Assembly: GCF_000022265.1 (NCBI RefSeq)
Contig: NC_011979.1
Coordinates: 2,490,001-2,522,000, forward strand
Length of the DNA stretch: 32,000 nt
DNA from: Geotalea daltonii FRC-32
Lineage (GTDB): Bacteria; Desulfobacterota; Desulfuromonadia; Geobacterales; Geobacteraceae
Reading direction: 5' to 3'
Part shown: positions 7,162 to 17,935 of the stretch, in pieces
How positions within the stretch are numbered: position 1 is the stretch's first letter
How the letters are laid out: the number at the start of each line of letters is the position of its first letter
Program-made: the position numbers and the translations under genes
The notes under the pieces: model-generated
Seen by the model: the letters and a program-made list of their open reading frames with translations, nothing else
What the model was told of the DNA's origin: nothing
Database searches by the model: none

Positions 7162-7526
7162 TGGGAAAGATAATCATGACGGCGGATGATTCTGCCAGTG
7201 TCCGACAGATGGTCAGTTTTACCCTGAAACAGAACGGGTACGAGGTGGTGGAAGCGGTGGACGGAAAAGATGCGCTGCAGAAGCTTGGCGGACAAAAGGT
7301 CGATATGCTCATCACCGACCTGAACATGCCGAACCTGGACGGCATCGGCCTGATCAAGGGGGCGCGGGCTCTGCCTGCCTGTAAATTCATTCCTATCGTT
7401 ATGCTTACCACGGAATCCCAGGACAGCAAAAAACAGGAAGGAAAGGCCGCCGGGGCAACCGGCTGGATAGTAAAGCCTTTCAAGCCTGAACAGCTGATGG
7501 CGGTGGTGAAGAAGGTGCTCGGATGA
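7161..7526 (+). CDS. cheY: CheY-type single-domain response regulator
   Basis: Receiver signature is complete: DD (ADDSAS), phospho-acceptor D in MLITDLNMP, T in LTTES, and K in VKPF. The product is about 121 aa. Its stop overlaps the cheA start (ATGA). Confidence 0.9.
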   Translation: MGKIIMTADDSASVRQMVSFTLKQNGYEVVEAVDGKDALQKLGGQKVDMLITDLNMPNLDGIGLIKGARALPACKFIPIVMLTTESQDSKKQEGKAAGATGWIVKPFKPEQLMAVVKKVLG

Positions 7527-9628
7527 TGGACCAACATCAAGAGGCATTCAAGGAAGAGGCTTACGAGCTTCTGGCAGAGTTGGAAACGTCCCTCCTGGAG
7601 CTTGAAGAAAGGCCTGATGATGAGGAAGTGATCGGCCGGGTCTTCCGGGCCATGCATACCATCAAGGGATCGGGGGCAATGTTCGGTTTTGAAGACATTG
7701 CCGCTTTTACCCACGAAGTGGAAACGGTTTTCGATCTGGTGCGCAACGGTCTGATTCCGGTAACCAAAACACTGGTCAACGTTACCCTGGCCGCTCGCGA
7801 TCAGATCAAGGCCATGCTTGATGCTTCAACCGGGGGCGCTGTGGTTGACGTAGCCTGCACCGCAGAGATCATTGCCACCCTGAAGAGCATGCTTCCCGAA
7901 ACGGAGTCTGAAAAATCATCGGCGAACCTTCAACCGGCCGAAGAGGCAAAAGGGGGGCAGCAGGAATCGGCTGAAGTTACCTACCGGATCCGTTTCGAAC
8001 CAGACCAGGGTATTTTCATGCGAGGAACTAATCCCCTGAGCCTGGTCAAGGAATTGAGGGAACTTGGTCAGAGCCGGGTAATTGCCCAGGTGACCAACCT
8101 GCTTCCCCTGGAGGAGATGGATGCGGAGAGCTGCTATGTTTACTGGGATGTGATTTTGACCACCAACAGGGGAATTGACGCCATCAAGGATGTATTCATA
8201 TTTGTAGAGGACGATTGCGAGCTGAAGATCGAGGCCATTGACAGTGGGGCACCTTTCGCCGGCGAAGATGGCTACAAGAAACTTGGCGAAATACTGGTGG
8301 AACGGGGTGATCTGAGCTTCGAGGAGATGAAGAATATCCTGTCCCAGCAGAAACGATTTGGGGAAATTGCCATCGAGAGCGGGTTTGTGGAACCGGAAAA
8401 AATCATCTCTGCCCTTGTGGAGCAGCAGCATGTGAAGGAGGTCCGGCAGGAAAGGCAATCCCAGGAGAACGCTTCCAGCATCCGTGTTCCTGCAGAAAAA
8501 CTGGACGTTTTGGTAAACCTGGTGGGAGAACTGGTCACGGTCCAGGCTCGTCTTAGTCAGACCTCCGCCGGGCGCAGGGATGCGGAACTGATGTCCATCG
8601 CCGAAGAGGTGGAGCGTCTGACCGCAGAATTGCGGGATAACGCTCTCAACATCAGGATGCTGCCCATCGGCACCACCTTCAGTAAGTTCAAACGCCTGGT
8701 TCGCGATCTTTCCAACGAACTGGGCAAAAAGATTGAAATGGAGACTTCCGGCGCTGAGACGGAGCTGGATAAGACCGTCATAGAAAAGCTCAACGATCCC
8801 TTGGTGCACCTGATCCGCAACAGCATCGACCACGGCATAGAAATGCCCGAAGAGCGAGCGGCAGCCGGCAAGCCGGCACAGGGGACGGTGCATCTCTCCG
8901 CCGTTCATTCCGGCGACAGTGTCTTCATTACCATCAAAGACGACGGTGCAGGACTGGATAAGGAGGCCATTCGGGCCAAGGCCATAGAAAAGGGGCTTAT
9001 TCCGCCCACCACAGAACTGTCCGAAAAAGAGATTTTTGCCCAGATATTTGCTCCCGGCTTTTCCACTGCTAAAAAGATCTCCAGTGTCTCCGGGCGCGGT
9101 GTCGGAATGGATGTGGTCAAGAGGGCCATCGAAGCGTTGCGCGGCACCATCGAAATAACCAGCAAACGGGGAGAAGGCACCACCATTACCGTAAAGATAC
9201 CCCTGACCCTGGCCATCATCGAAAGCCTGCTGGTTCAGATCGGCGGCGACCGTTTCCTGCTTCCACTTTCACTGGTGGATGAATGTGTGGAATTGACCGG
9301 CAGCGACATCGAAAAGTCCCATGGAAGAAATCTGGCCACCGTTCGTGACCACATGGTGCCATACATCCCACTCCGGGAGAAGTTCCGGATCATCGGCAAT
9401 GCGCCGGAAATCCAGCAGATCGTCATCACCCAGGTCAACGGCATGCGTGTCGGCTTTGTGGTCGACCACGTCATAGGCGAGCACCAGACGGTTATCAAAT
9501 CACTGGGACGGGCTTATAAAAATGTCGAGGGCATATCGGGAGCGACGATTCTGGGTGACGGGGCGGTTGCACTGATCGTGGATATCCCGCAACTGATAAA
9601 GGAAGTGGAGGCGCAGAGCCTGCAATAG
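7523..9628 (+). CDS. cheA: Chemotaxis histidine kinase CheA with an unusual insert
   Basis: Hpt domain with HTIKGSGAMFG; P3 domain SIRVPAEKLDVLVNLVGELV; N box HLIRNSIDHGIE; G1 DDGAGLD; G2 GRGVGMDVV; and a C-terminal CheW-like P5 domain. A tandem T2SSE_N/MshEN-like motif lies at 8279-8425. Confidence 0.95.
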   Translation: MMDQHQEAFKEEAYELLAELETSLLELEERPDDEEVIGRVFRAMHTIKGSGAMFGFEDIAAFTHEVETVFDLVRNGLIPVTKTLVNVTLAARDQIKAMLDASTGGAVVDVACTAEIIATLKSMLPETESEKSSANLQPAEEAKGGQQESAEVTYRIRFEPDQGIFMRGTNPLSLVKELRELGQSRVIAQVTNLLPLEEMDAESCYVYWDVILTTNRGIDAIKDVFIFVEDDCELKIEAIDSGAPFAGEDGYKKLGEILVERGDLSFEEMKNILSQQKRFGEIAIESGFVEPEKIISALVEQQHVKEVRQERQSQENASSIRVPAEKLDVLVNLVGELVTVQARLSQTSAGRRDAELMSIAEEVERLTAELRDNALNIRMLPIGTTFSKFKRLVRDLSNELGKKIEMETSGAETELDKTVIEKLNDPLVHLIRNSIDHGIEMPEERAAAGKPAQGTVHLSAVHSGDSVFITIKDDGAGLDKEAIRAKAIEKGLIPPTTELSEKEIFAQIFAPGFSTAKKISSVSGRGVGMDVVKRAIEALRGTIEITSKRGEGTTITVKIPLTLAIIESLLVQIGGDRFLLPLSLVDECVELTGSDIEKSHGRNLATVRDHMVPYIPLREKFRIIGNAPEIQQIVITQVNGMRVGFVVDHVIGEHQTVIKSLGRAYKNVEGISGATILGDGAVALIVDIPQLIKEVEAQSLQ

Positions 9629-9680
9629 GTTGTTTAAGGGCAATCTTATGTAATGTGGTTAGAAAGGGAGGAAACATTTC

Positions 9681-11756
9681 ATGGACATCAGCAATATGAA
9701 ACTTGCTACAAAATTGTACGGTGGTATTGGTCTGATCGTCGCAGCTCTTGTGTGTGTTGTCCTGTTCCAGGTGATAAAGATGCGGGAGCTGGGCAATGTC
9801 CAGGATCACGGAGCCGACCTGAGTGGCAACGCAGTCGCCATTCAGGAAGTGCAGGTGCGGCTTGAGGCTCTGTACGGCATAATGGCCGACGCTGTTATCA
9901 ATCGCAATCTTGCCGAATCACGCAAGGAATTCAAGGACGCTAAAGACAACCTTCTGAAAGATGTGGATAATGTGCGTAAACTGGCCGATACGGCGGAGGA
10001 AAAGCAGTTGGCTGAAGCCTTTGCCGTCAATCTCGCCAAATATCAGGACCTGTTTGAAAACAGGCAGCTGCCCGAGTTGCAGAAAGGCGCCGGCTCCAGC
10101 ACGGAAGAGCTCCGCAGGATAGACGCTCTGCTCGATGCAGCACGGGATGCCGCAATCGAGCCGTTGCATAAGATTGTCGTCTCCATCAAGAAGGAAAGCA
10201 CCAATGGTGATGAAATGTTCGATGCCTTGAGGCAGCGAACCTCCACCATATCCATTGTTTGCAGCGTAGCGGCACTGATCTTCTCGGTCATTTTCGGCTG
10301 GCTGCTGGTCAGGAACGTGCAGCGGCAGTTGGGGGGAGATCCTCTCTACGTGGTCGAGATAACACGCAAGGTCGCAGCAGGTGACCTGTCAATGTCCATA
10401 GACACCACAGGCAAGGATGAACGAAGTTTGATCTTTGCCATGGCGCAGATGATGTGTACCATAAAGGCACTGGTCGACGATACCGGCGTGCTGGTAAAGG
10501 CGGCCATCGACGGCAAGCTCGATGTAAGGGCTGACGCCGACAAGCACCATGGGGAATTCCAGAAAATAGTTCATGGAGTCAACGCGACCCTTGATGCCGT
10601 AGTAACCCCTCTGAACGTGACGGCCGATTATGTTGCCCGCATCTCAAAGGGTGACATGCCTCCTCAGATAACGGAGGAGTATAAGGGGCAGTACAATCTG
10701 ATCAAACAGAACCTTAACCTGCTGATCGATTCCACTAACCGTATAGCAGCAGCAGCCAGGGAAGTGGCAGACGGCAACCTGCAAGTTGAGCTGAAGGTTC
10801 GTTCGGAGAATGATGAGCTGATGAAAGCATTGTCAGCCATGGTGGCCAATCTTGTGGAAATCATCGGCAATGTGAAATCTGCCGCAGACAACGTTGCAGC
10901 CGGCAGCCAGCAGCTTTCCGCAGGTTCCGAGGAAATGTCCCAGGGAGCAAGCGAGCAGGCTGCCGCTGCCGAAGAAGCATCCTCTTCCATGGAAGAAATG
11001 ACCGCAAGTATCAGACAGAATGCTGACAATGCCATGCAGACCGAAAAAATCGCCCTGAAATCAACCGCTGACGCCCAGGAAGGGGGAAGGGCCGTTGATG
11101 AAACAGTCCTGGCCATGAAGGAAATAGCAAGCCGGATCACCATCATAGAAGAGATAGCCCGGCAAACGAACCTGCTTGCGTTGAACGCAGCCATTGAGGC
11201 GGCCCGTGCCGGTGAGCATGGCAAGGGATTTGCCGTTGTTGCTTCCGAAGTACGCAAGTTGGCCGAGCGTAGTCAGAAGGCAGCGGGTGAAATAAGCGAA
11301 CTTTCGGCTTCCAGTGTCGACATTGCCGAAAAAGCAGGTCAAATGCTCAGTTCCATACTTCCCGATATTCAGAAGACGGCGGAACTGGTGCAGGAGATAA
11401 ATGCATCCAGTAAAGAGCAGGATACGGGGGCAGAGCAGATAAACAAAGCAATACAGCAGCTTGATCAGGTTATACAAACCAATGCAGGTGCTTCGGAAGA
11501 GATGGCCTCCACTGCCGAAGAGCTGGCGTCCCAGGCCGAACAGCTGCAACAGGCAATCGCCTACTTTAAAATCGACAGTTCGGCAGTGGACAAACGACCG
11601 ATAACCGAAAAAAAGCCGGTGCAAAAGCAACAGGCTAAAGCTGACAAATCTCTGAAAAATGCCAAAGCCAACTGTTATTCAAAAAAGGCCGTGGGCCATG
11701 ATCTTGATATGCAGGAACCACACAATGAATTGGATTCTGATTTCGAGAAATTCTGA
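9681..11756 (+). CDS. mcp: Methyl-accepting chemotaxis protein (2 TM, periplasmic helical sensor, HAMP array, signalling domain)
   Basis: TM1 is [21 protein letters not shown] and TM2 is [25 protein letters not shown]-type AAGDLSMSI and ADGNLQVEL motifs are present. The canonical tip is [52 protein letters not shown] and [12 protein letters not shown] look like methylation-site regions. An AGGGAGG RBS is present. Confidence 0.95.
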   Translation: MDISNMKLATKLYGGIGLIVAALVCVVLFQVIKMRELGNVQDHGADLSGNAVAIQEVQVRLEALYGIMADAVINRNLAESRKEFKDAKDNLLKDVDNVRKLADTAEEKQLAEAFAVNLAKYQDLFENRQLPELQKGAGSSTEELRRIDALLDAARDAAIEPLHKIVVSIKKESTNGDEMFDALRQRTSTISIVCSVAALIFSVIFGWLLVRNVQRQLGGDPLYVVEITRKVAAGDLSMSIDTTGKDERSLIFAMAQMMCTIKALVDDTGVLVKAAIDGKLDVRADADKHHGEFQKIVHGVNATLDAVVTPLNVTADYVARISKGDMPPQITEEYKGQYNLIKQNLNLLIDSTNRIAAAAREVADGNLQVELKVRSENDELMKALSAMVANLVEIIGNVKSAADNVAAGSQQLSAGSEEMSQGASEQAAAAEEASSSMEEMTASIRQNADNAMQTEKIALKSTADAQEGGRAVDETVLAMKEIASRITIIEEIARQTNLLALNAAIEAARAGEHGKGFAVVASEVRKLAERSQKAAGEISELSASSVDIAEKAGQMLSSILPDIQKTAELVQEINASSKEQDTGAEQINKAIQQLDQVIQTNAGASEEMASTAEELASQAEQLQQAIAYFKIDSSAVDKRPITEKKPVQKQQAKADKSLKNAKANCYSKKAVGHDLDMQEPHNELDSDFEKF

Positions 11757-11797
11757 GTAAGGGCAGGAGGTAACAGAGATTCTTATATTTCCAGTTA

Positions 11798-11835
11798 TAT
11801 GAGAGGCGCTGCTCATCGTTGCAGCGCCTCTCATA
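11798..11835 (+). terminator. Strong hairpin after MCP1 (probable terminator, weak T tract)
   Basis: TATGAGAGGCGCTGC (11798-11812), an 8-nt loop, then GCAGCGCCTCTCATA (11821-11835) form a perfect 15-bp stem. The downstream sequence is only moderately T-rich. Confidence 0.45.
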
Positions 11836-12139
11836 CCTCATCTTTACTTAGACCGACAGCCCCGGATAACAGCCTGAGACCCACCCCCCAATATACTCCC
11901 ATGCTTATCTTTGATGACTCCAGAAATTAGTAATTACCTACCATTTTACTATTAAAATTATTTCCACATTCTTTATAAAAAAAGTTTAGAAAAAAAAATA
12001 AATTCCGAAAAGTGACATTGTTGAAGCAGAATTTTAATCTCCTTTATTCATCCTTGATGGGGATGCTTGAAGATTAGAGCTGCTCCATCTGCAAATGAAC
12101 CATATTTCCAGGTTCAATCACATCAACGTGGAGGGGTAA

Positions 12140-14482
12140 ATGTTCAAGAACATGAAGATCGGTACCAAACTGGGAATCGGGTATGGCGTTGTTCTTTTGC
12201 TTATGGTGTTAATGGGAGTGCTGGCCTATGTGAATGTGAGCAGGTTGAGCAACAGTATCGATGAGCTTGCCGCAGACAGGTTCCCTAAGACCGTCCAGGC
12301 CAACGATGTTATCGATCAACTGAATATTGCCGCCAGAGCTACCAGAAACGCCATCCTTACCGATGACAGGTCGGAGGCAGCTAAAGAAATTGGCCGTATA
12401 CCAGATTGTTCCAGGATAATTAATGACAGGATGGAAAAACTCAAGGCTGCTATTCAAGATCCGAAAGGTAAGGAGCTCTTTTCTGCCGTTGAAGTTGGCA
12501 GGGAAAAGTACCGTGATGATCTGAAACAATTGATCGATCTCATTAATCAGGGGAAGAACGCACAGGCGAAAGCCCTTCTTTTCGGCAAGATGAGGACGAG
12601 CCAGCAGGATTATATGCAGGGCATAGCCGAGCTTATCGCCTATGAGACCCAAGAGGTGAATCGGATCGGCAAGGAGGGTATAGCACTTGGCAAGCATACC
12701 ATAACGATTATTCTGGCGTGCACGATTTTTGCTCTGTTGCTGGGCGCTACAATCGCGTTGATCATCACCCGAGCCATTACCAAACCTGTTGCAGCATGTA
12801 TTACCGCAGCCAACAAGATAGCCGGCGGCGATATGGATGTGGCTCTGGATGTGACGGCTCAGGACGAAACCGGAAAACTGCAGGCAGCCATGCAGACAAT
12901 GGTTGAAGCCATAAAAGCTTTAGTGGCAGATGCCAACATGCTTGCCCAGGCGGCACAGGAAGGCAGGCTGGCAACCCGTGCCGATGCAGCCAGGCACCAG
13001 GGAGACTACCAACGGATCGTTGCAGGAGTCAATCAGACACTGGATGCCGTTATCAACCCTCTCAACCTGGCCGCGGAATATGTGGACCTGATCAGCAAGG
13101 GGGACATCCCGACAAAGATAACCGATAACTACAACGGCGACTTCAACCAGATAAAGATCAATTTGAACAACTGCATCGACATTATGCAGAGGCTGCTGGA
13201 GCAGACCGACATCCTCATTCGCGGTGCTGCTGAGGGTGAGCTTGACAAACGTGCCAATGCGGAGCTTTTTACCGGTGGATGGAAGGACCTGGTGAGCGGT
13301 GTCAATAATATCCTCACCAATATCGTCAATCCGCTCATGCTGACAGCAGACTATGTAGACCGCATTTCCAAGGGCAACATGCCACCGCTGATAACAGCCG
13401 AATACAAGGGGCAGTACAACATTATCAAGAACAACCTGAATCTATTGGTGGATTCGACCAACGGCATCACAGCGGCAGCTAAGGAGATAGCCGGCGGCAA
13501 TCTGCAGGTGGAGCTCAAGATGCGTTCGGCCGAGGATGAACTGATGCAGGCTTTGTCCGCAATGGTGGAGAAGCTTGTAGCTATTATAAAAGAAGTGAAG
13601 TCGGCAGCGGACAACGTGGCCGGCGGTAGTATGCAATTGTCATCGGCGGCACAGGAAATGTCCCAGGGGGCAAGCGAACAGGCGGCAGCAGCCGAAGAAG
13701 CATCATCATCCATGGAGGAGATGACCTCGATTATAAGGCAGAACGCCGACAACGCACAGCAGACGGAAAAGATAGCGGTGAAATCGGCCGAGGACGCCAA
13801 GGAGGGGGGCAAGGCCGTTGCCGAGACGGTGCAGGCCATGAGGGATATCGCTGACAAGATTTCCATCATCGAGGAAATCGCCCGGCAGACCAACATGCTG
13901 GCGCTGAACGCAGCCATCGAGGCCGCACGCGCCGGAGAGCACGGCAAAGGATTTGCCGTGGTGGCAAGCGAGGTAAGGAAGCTGGCCGAGAGAAGCCAGA
14001 ACGCTGCGGGCGAAATCTCCACCCTTTCCGTTTCCAGTGTGGAGGTGGCTGAGAAGGCAGGCCAGATGCTGGCAAACATCCTTCCCGACATCCAGAAGAC
14101 TGCTGAACTGGTGCAGGAGATCAATGCCGCGAGCAGGGAACAGGATTCAGGTGCGGAGCAGATCAACAAGGCGATCCAGCAGCTTGATCAGGTCATTCAG
14201 CAGAATGCAGGAGCTTCGGAAGAGATGGCTTCAACGGCCGAAGAGCTTTCTTCCCAGGCGGAGCAACTGCAGGATAATATTTCCTTCTTCAGGATCGGTG
14301 CGACGGAGCCGGCAAAGCAGGCTAAGGACAAAAAGAAATCTGCCAATGCTACCCATGCCGCTCCTGCAATGGACAACATCAAACACGCCAAGGCCAATGG
14401 ATATCACAAGAAGGTGGTCGGGCACGATCTGGATATGAATGATGACCATGACAACCTGGACGGGGATTTTGAAAAATATTGA
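12140..14482 (+). CDS. mcp: Methyl-accepting chemotaxis protein (4-helix-bundle-type periplasmic sensor, poly-HAMP array with two 91-aa modules)
   Basis: It has two TM segments and a sensor containing [28 protein letters not shown] first HAMP domain is followed by two in-register 91-aa modules (12959-13231 and 13232-13504), a terminal HAMP domain, and a canonical MCP tip and methylation regions. Confidence 0.95.
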   Translation: MFKNMKIGTKLGIGYGVVLLLMVLMGVLAYVNVSRLSNSIDELAADRFPKTVQANDVIDQLNIAARATRNAILTDDRSEAAKEIGRIPDCSRIINDRMEKLKAAIQDPKGKELFSAVEVGREKYRDDLKQLIDLINQGKNAQAKALLFGKMRTSQQDYMQGIAELIAYETQEVNRIGKEGIALGKHTITIILACTIFALLLGATIALIITRAITKPVAACITAANKIAGGDMDVALDVTAQDETGKLQAAMQTMVEAIKALVADANMLAQAAQEGRLATRADAARHQGDYQRIVAGVNQTLDAVINPLNLAAEYVDLISKGDIPTKITDNYNGDFNQIKINLNNCIDIMQRLLEQTDILIRGAAEGELDKRANAELFTGGWKDLVSGVNNILTNIVNPLMLTADYVDRISKGNMPPLITAEYKGQYNIIKNNLNLLVDSTNGITAAAKEIAGGNLQVELKMRSAEDELMQALSAMVEKLVAIIKEVKSAADNVAGGSMQLSSAAQEMSQGASEQAAAAEEASSSMEEMTSIIRQNADNAQQTEKIAVKSAEDAKEGGKAVAETVQAMRDIADKISIIEEIARQTNMLALNAAIEAARAGEHGKGFAVVASEVRKLAERSQNAAGEISTLSVSSVEVAEKAGQMLANILPDIQKTAELVQEINAASREQDSGAEQINKAIQQLDQVIQQNAGASEEMASTAEELSSQAEQLQDNISFFRIGATEPAKQAKDKKKSANATHAAPAMDNIKHAKANGYHKKVVGHDLDMNDDHDNLDGDFEKY

Positions 14483-14552
14483 TTACAGGTAAAAGAAGAG
14501 GAGCCGGATAACTTCCGGCTCTTCGCCAAACTTGCTATGCTCAGGCAGCAAA

Positions 14553-14590
14553 GGGCTGGAACCCAATCCATCGGGTCCAGCCCTTTTTCA
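14553..14590 (+). terminator. Rho-independent terminator
   Basis: GGGCTGGAACC ... GGGTCCAGCCC forms an imperfect hairpin followed by TTTTTCATT. Confidence 0.6.
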
Positions 14591-14771
14591 TTCTCCAGCC
14601 TCCCGATTTGCTCCAGATTTCCCGCCACTTTGTACATGTTTTACTATTTGATTCTACTGTTTTGCGTGCTGAAATTAGAAAAATTTACCTTCAAGTTCTC
14701 CGTAATATTACCGAAGAATGTCGGTAGCGACGGAATTCAAGGTAAATGGCATGCAACGGCGGAGGAAAATC

Positions 14772-17700
14772 ATGTTTAAAGAAATGAAGTTGGCAACGCG
14801 TTTGGCCCTGTCTTATGGCGTGATCATCGTTTTGATGGTGATTATGGGGGGCATCTCACACCTGGGGTTGAAAAAAATCAATGATGCTGTCGAAGTTCTG
14901 GTAACGGACAAATGGCCGAAGACGGTCCAGGCCAACGCAATGATCGGTGAGGTGAATGTGGTTGCCAGGGCGTTGCGCAACATGCTCCTGACCGATGACA
15001 AAACCGTCATGCAGAAGGAACGGTCAAGGGTAATCGACGCTACTGCAGCCATCAACAAGCACTATGACGAGCTGGAAAAGACGGTCACGAGCGAGAAAGG
15101 CAAAGGGCTTCTAAATACGCTCCAGGACGCACGTGCCAAATACGAGGCGGAAATGGCCCACGTTCTTTCAGTCATAGATGCGGGAGATAAAAAAGCTGCG
15201 ACAGGCTTGCTTTTCGGCAAGTACCGTCAATTGCAGACCGCATATCTGGAGGCATCGTCAGAGATGATCAGGTACCAGAGCGGTGAAATGGACCGGACCG
15301 GCAAAGAGGCGGTGGAGACCTATGGCAGAATTTCCCTGCTTATCTACGTTCTTCTGGCTGTCTGCTTCGCCTTGGCGGGGGTGATCGGCTGGCTGGTGAC
15401 GAGAAGCATCACCAGGCCCATAGCACAGGCGGTTGACATCAGCAACCGGGTTGCCGCCGGCGACATGAGCGTGGAAATAGGCAATACGGGCGCCGATGAA
15501 ACAGGCCTGCTTTTAAACAGCATGAAGAAAATGATCGACCACATAAAAATGCTGGTGGACGATACGGATATGCTTGCCAAGGCGGCCGTGGAGGGCAAAC
15601 TTACCCTGCGCGCCGATTCCTCTAAACACGAAGGAGATTTCCGCAGGGTGGTCGAAGGGGTCAACGCGACCATTAACAGGCTGGTAGGCCTGTTGGACAG
15701 TATGCCGGCTCCGGCAATGATAATCGATAATGACTTCAATATCCTATATATGAATGAATTGGGCGCCCAGGTGGGGGGCAAGACGCAACAACAGGTGCTC
15801 GGCGCCAAATGTTACGACCATTTCAAGACGTCAGATTGTAAAACCCACAACTGTGCCTGTGGAAGGGCGCTTCAGACCGGGCAGCCGGCAAGCAGCGAGA
15901 CCGATGCCCATCCTGCAGCCGGCATCGATCTGGAAATCTCCTATACCGGGGTTCCGTTACGTAACGATTCCGGCCAGGTAGTCGGGGCTTTCGAGGTGGT
16001 GAGCGATCAAACAGCAGTCAGGAAGGCTGCCCGCCTTGCCGCAAAAATTGCCGATTACCAGAATAAGGAAACGAAAAAGCTGGTGGAAGGGCTGGGAAGG
16101 CTGGCACAGGGTGATGTGGATTTGACGGTGGTACCGGAGTCTGCCGATGGCGACACCATGGAAGTAAAAGCGACCTTCGAAAAAATTGCCGAAGCTGTGA
16201 ATAAATGCGTAGAGGTTATCAACGGCCTGAACACCGATGTAGCAATGCTTGCCCGGGCTGCCATGGAAGGACGGCTGAATATCCGTGCCGATGCCGGCAA
16301 GCACTCGGGGGCATATGGTGCCATCGTCCACGGTGTTAACGAGACCATTGGCAGACTGGTGGGCTTTCTCGACAGCATGCCGTCACCGGCCATGATTATC
16401 GATAATGATTTTACCATCCTCTATATGAATGACCTGGGGGCAAGGGTAGGTGGAAAGACCCCCGCCCAGGTGGTGGGAACCAAATGCTACGATCACTTCA
16501 AGACATCCGATTGCAAAACCGCTCAGTGTGCCTGTCAGCAGGCTATAACCGGCGGAATCGAGGCAACCAGCGAAACGGATGCCCATCCTGCCATCGGTGT
16601 CGATCTGGATATTTCCTATACCGCAGTGCCCATAAAGGATGGCCATGGCCATGTCATGGGTGCCCTGGAGGTAGTAACCGATCTGACCGCTGTGAAAAGG
16701 GCGGCAAGAGTGGCGAAAAAAATAGCCGACTTCCAGGCGGTGGAAACGAACAAGCTGGTTGATGGCCTGGAACGACTGGCGAAGGGAGAGATCAATTTCA
16801 CCATTGCCACCGCACCGGCAGATGACGACACCAAAGAGGTGAAACAGACTTTTGACGTTATCGCCCATGCAGTGAATACCACTGTTCAGGCAACTCAAAC
16901 CATTACGGAGGCTGCCAAACTCGTTGCCGGTGGGGATCTGACCGTAGAGATCAAGGAACGTTCGCCGGAAGATGAACTGATGCATGCCCTTTCGGCGATG
17001 GTTAAAATGCTGAATGAGGTGGTATCTGACGTTAAAAAAGCGGCCGACAATGTGGCGGCCGGAAGCCAGGAATTGTCTTCGGCTTCCACCGGAATGTCCC
17101 AGGGGGCCAGTGAGCAGGCTGCGGCCGCCGAAGAGGCATCTTCCTCCATGGAGGAGATGTCTTCCAATATCCGGCAGAACGCCGATAATGCCATACAGAC
17201 GGAAAAAATAGCATCCAAATCGGCCAAGGATGCCCAGGAGGGTGGGAAAGCGGTACTTGAGACCGTTGCTGCCATGAAGGACATCGCCGGCAAGATATCG
17301 ATCATCGAAGAAATAGCCCGCCAGACCAATCTCCTTGCCCTCAATGCGGCCATAGAGGCGGCCCGGGCAGGCGAACACGGCAAAGGGTTCGCAGTGGTGG
17401 CCAGCGAGGTACGCAAGCTGGCCGAGCGAAGCCAGCGAGCTGCCGCGGAAATTTCGGAGCTGTCCTCAACCAGTGTCGGGGTAGCTGAATCGGCAGGAAA
17501 CATGCTCAGTAAGATCGTTCCCGACATTCAGAAGACGGCAGAACTTGTACTGGAGATAAGCGCCAGTAGCAGAGAGCAGGATGCCGGCGCCGAGCAGATC
17601 AACAAGGCAATACAGCAACTGGATCAGGTGATTCAGCAGAATGCAGGCGCTTCCGAAGAAATGGCATCCACAGCCGAAGAGTTGGCTTCACAGGCTGAGC

Positions 17701-17921
17701 AGCTGCAAAGCACCATAGCCTTCTTCAAGATCCGTGACGCTATTGCCGTGAAACGACCGATGGAACAAAAAGTCATTCCCCAGGTGAAACAAAAGGTGCA
17801 GCCGGTCAAGGAGATAAAAAAAGCCAAGGCCAACGGTTATGGGAAAAAGGCAGTGGTCGGTCATGACCTGGATATGACGGATGGACACGACAATCTGGAC
17901 AGTATTTTCGAAAAATACTAA
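14772..17921 (+). CDS. mcp: Methyl-accepting chemotaxis protein with two cytoplasmic Cys4 PAS domains (HAMP-PAS-HAMP-PAS-HAMP-signalling)
   Basis: GGAGGA RBS at 14761-14766 favours ATG 14772 ([11 protein letters not shown], like the other MCP N-termini). It has two TM segments and a sensor paralogous to MCP2 ([27 protein letters not shown]). Two PAS-like domains each carry [17 protein letters not shown]. It has a canonical MCP tip. Confidence 0.95.
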   Translation: MFKEMKLATRLALSYGVIIVLMVIMGGISHLGLKKINDAVEVLVTDKWPKTVQANAMIGEVNVVARALRNMLLTDDKTVMQKERSRVIDATAAINKHYDELEKTVTSEKGKGLLNTLQDARAKYEAEMAHVLSVIDAGDKKAATGLLFGKYRQLQTAYLEASSEMIRYQSGEMDRTGKEAVETYGRISLLIYVLLAVCFALAGVIGWLVTRSITRPIAQAVDISNRVAAGDMSVEIGNTGADETGLLLNSMKKMIDHIKMLVDDTDMLAKAAVEGKLTLRADSSKHEGDFRRVVEGVNATINRLVGLLDSMPAPAMIIDNDFNILYMNELGAQVGGKTQQQVLGAKCYDHFKTSDCKTHNCACGRALQTGQPASSETDAHPAAGIDLEISYTGVPLRNDSGQVVGAFEVVSDQTAVRKAARLAAKIADYQNKETKKLVEGLGRLAQGDVDLTVVPESADGDTMEVKATFEKIAEAVNKCVEVINGLNTDVAMLARAAMEGRLNIRADAGKHSGAYGAIVHGVNETIGRLVGFLDSMPSPAMIIDNDFTILYMNDLGARVGGKTPAQVVGTKCYDHFKTSDCKTAQCACQQAITGGIEATSETDAHPAIGVDLDISYTAVPIKDGHGHVMGALEVVTDLTAVKRAARVAKKIADFQAVETNKLVDGLERLAKGEINFTIATAPADDDTKEVKQTFDVIAHAVNTTVQATQTITEAAKLVAGGDLTVEIKERSPEDELMHALSAMVKMLNEVVSDVKKAADNVAAGSQELSSASTGMSQGASEQAAAAEEASSSMEEMSSNIRQNADNAIQTEKIASKSAKDAQEGGKAVLETVAAMKDIAGKISIIEEIARQTNLLALNAAIEAARAGEHGKGFAVVASEVRKLAERSQRAAAEISELSSTSVGVAESAGNMLSKIVPDIQKTAELVLEISASSREQDAGAEQINKAIQQLDQVIQQNAGASEEMASTAEELASQAEQLQSTIAFFKIRDAIAVKRPMEQKVIPQVKQKVQPVKEIKKAKANGYGKKAVVGHDLDMTDGHDNLDSIFEKY
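15570..16919 (+). repeat. Intragenic tandem duplication, 2 x 675 bp (225 aa: HAMP-like linker plus PAS-Cys4)
   Basis: Unit 1 starts [16 protein letters not shown] (15570) and unit 2 starts [16 protein letters not shown] (16245). The Cys clusters at 15810-15860 and 16485-16535 are exactly 675 nt apart. The units align along their full length without gaps. Confidence 0.85.
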
Positions 17922-17935
17922 AGGGATTTTGGTTC

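Noticed and set aside
7916-8908. A 330-aa minus-strand ORF inside cheA, and similar antisense ORFs at 7064-7714, 16383-17378, 18902-19714, 20578-21372 and 22947-24038.
   Set aside because: All lie antisense to genes with clear domain signatures. They have no recognisable motifs and no Shine-Dalgarno sequences. They are typical shadow ORFs of GC-biased coding sequence.
11980-12011. A sigma28-like promoter upstream of MCP2 (AAAAGTTT ... TCCGAAAA) in the AT-rich 300-bp leader.
   Set aside because: The spacing between the extended -35 and the -10-like element is about 5 nt too long, and the -10 has only 6 of 8 matches. In such an A/T-rich stretch, chance matches are expected.
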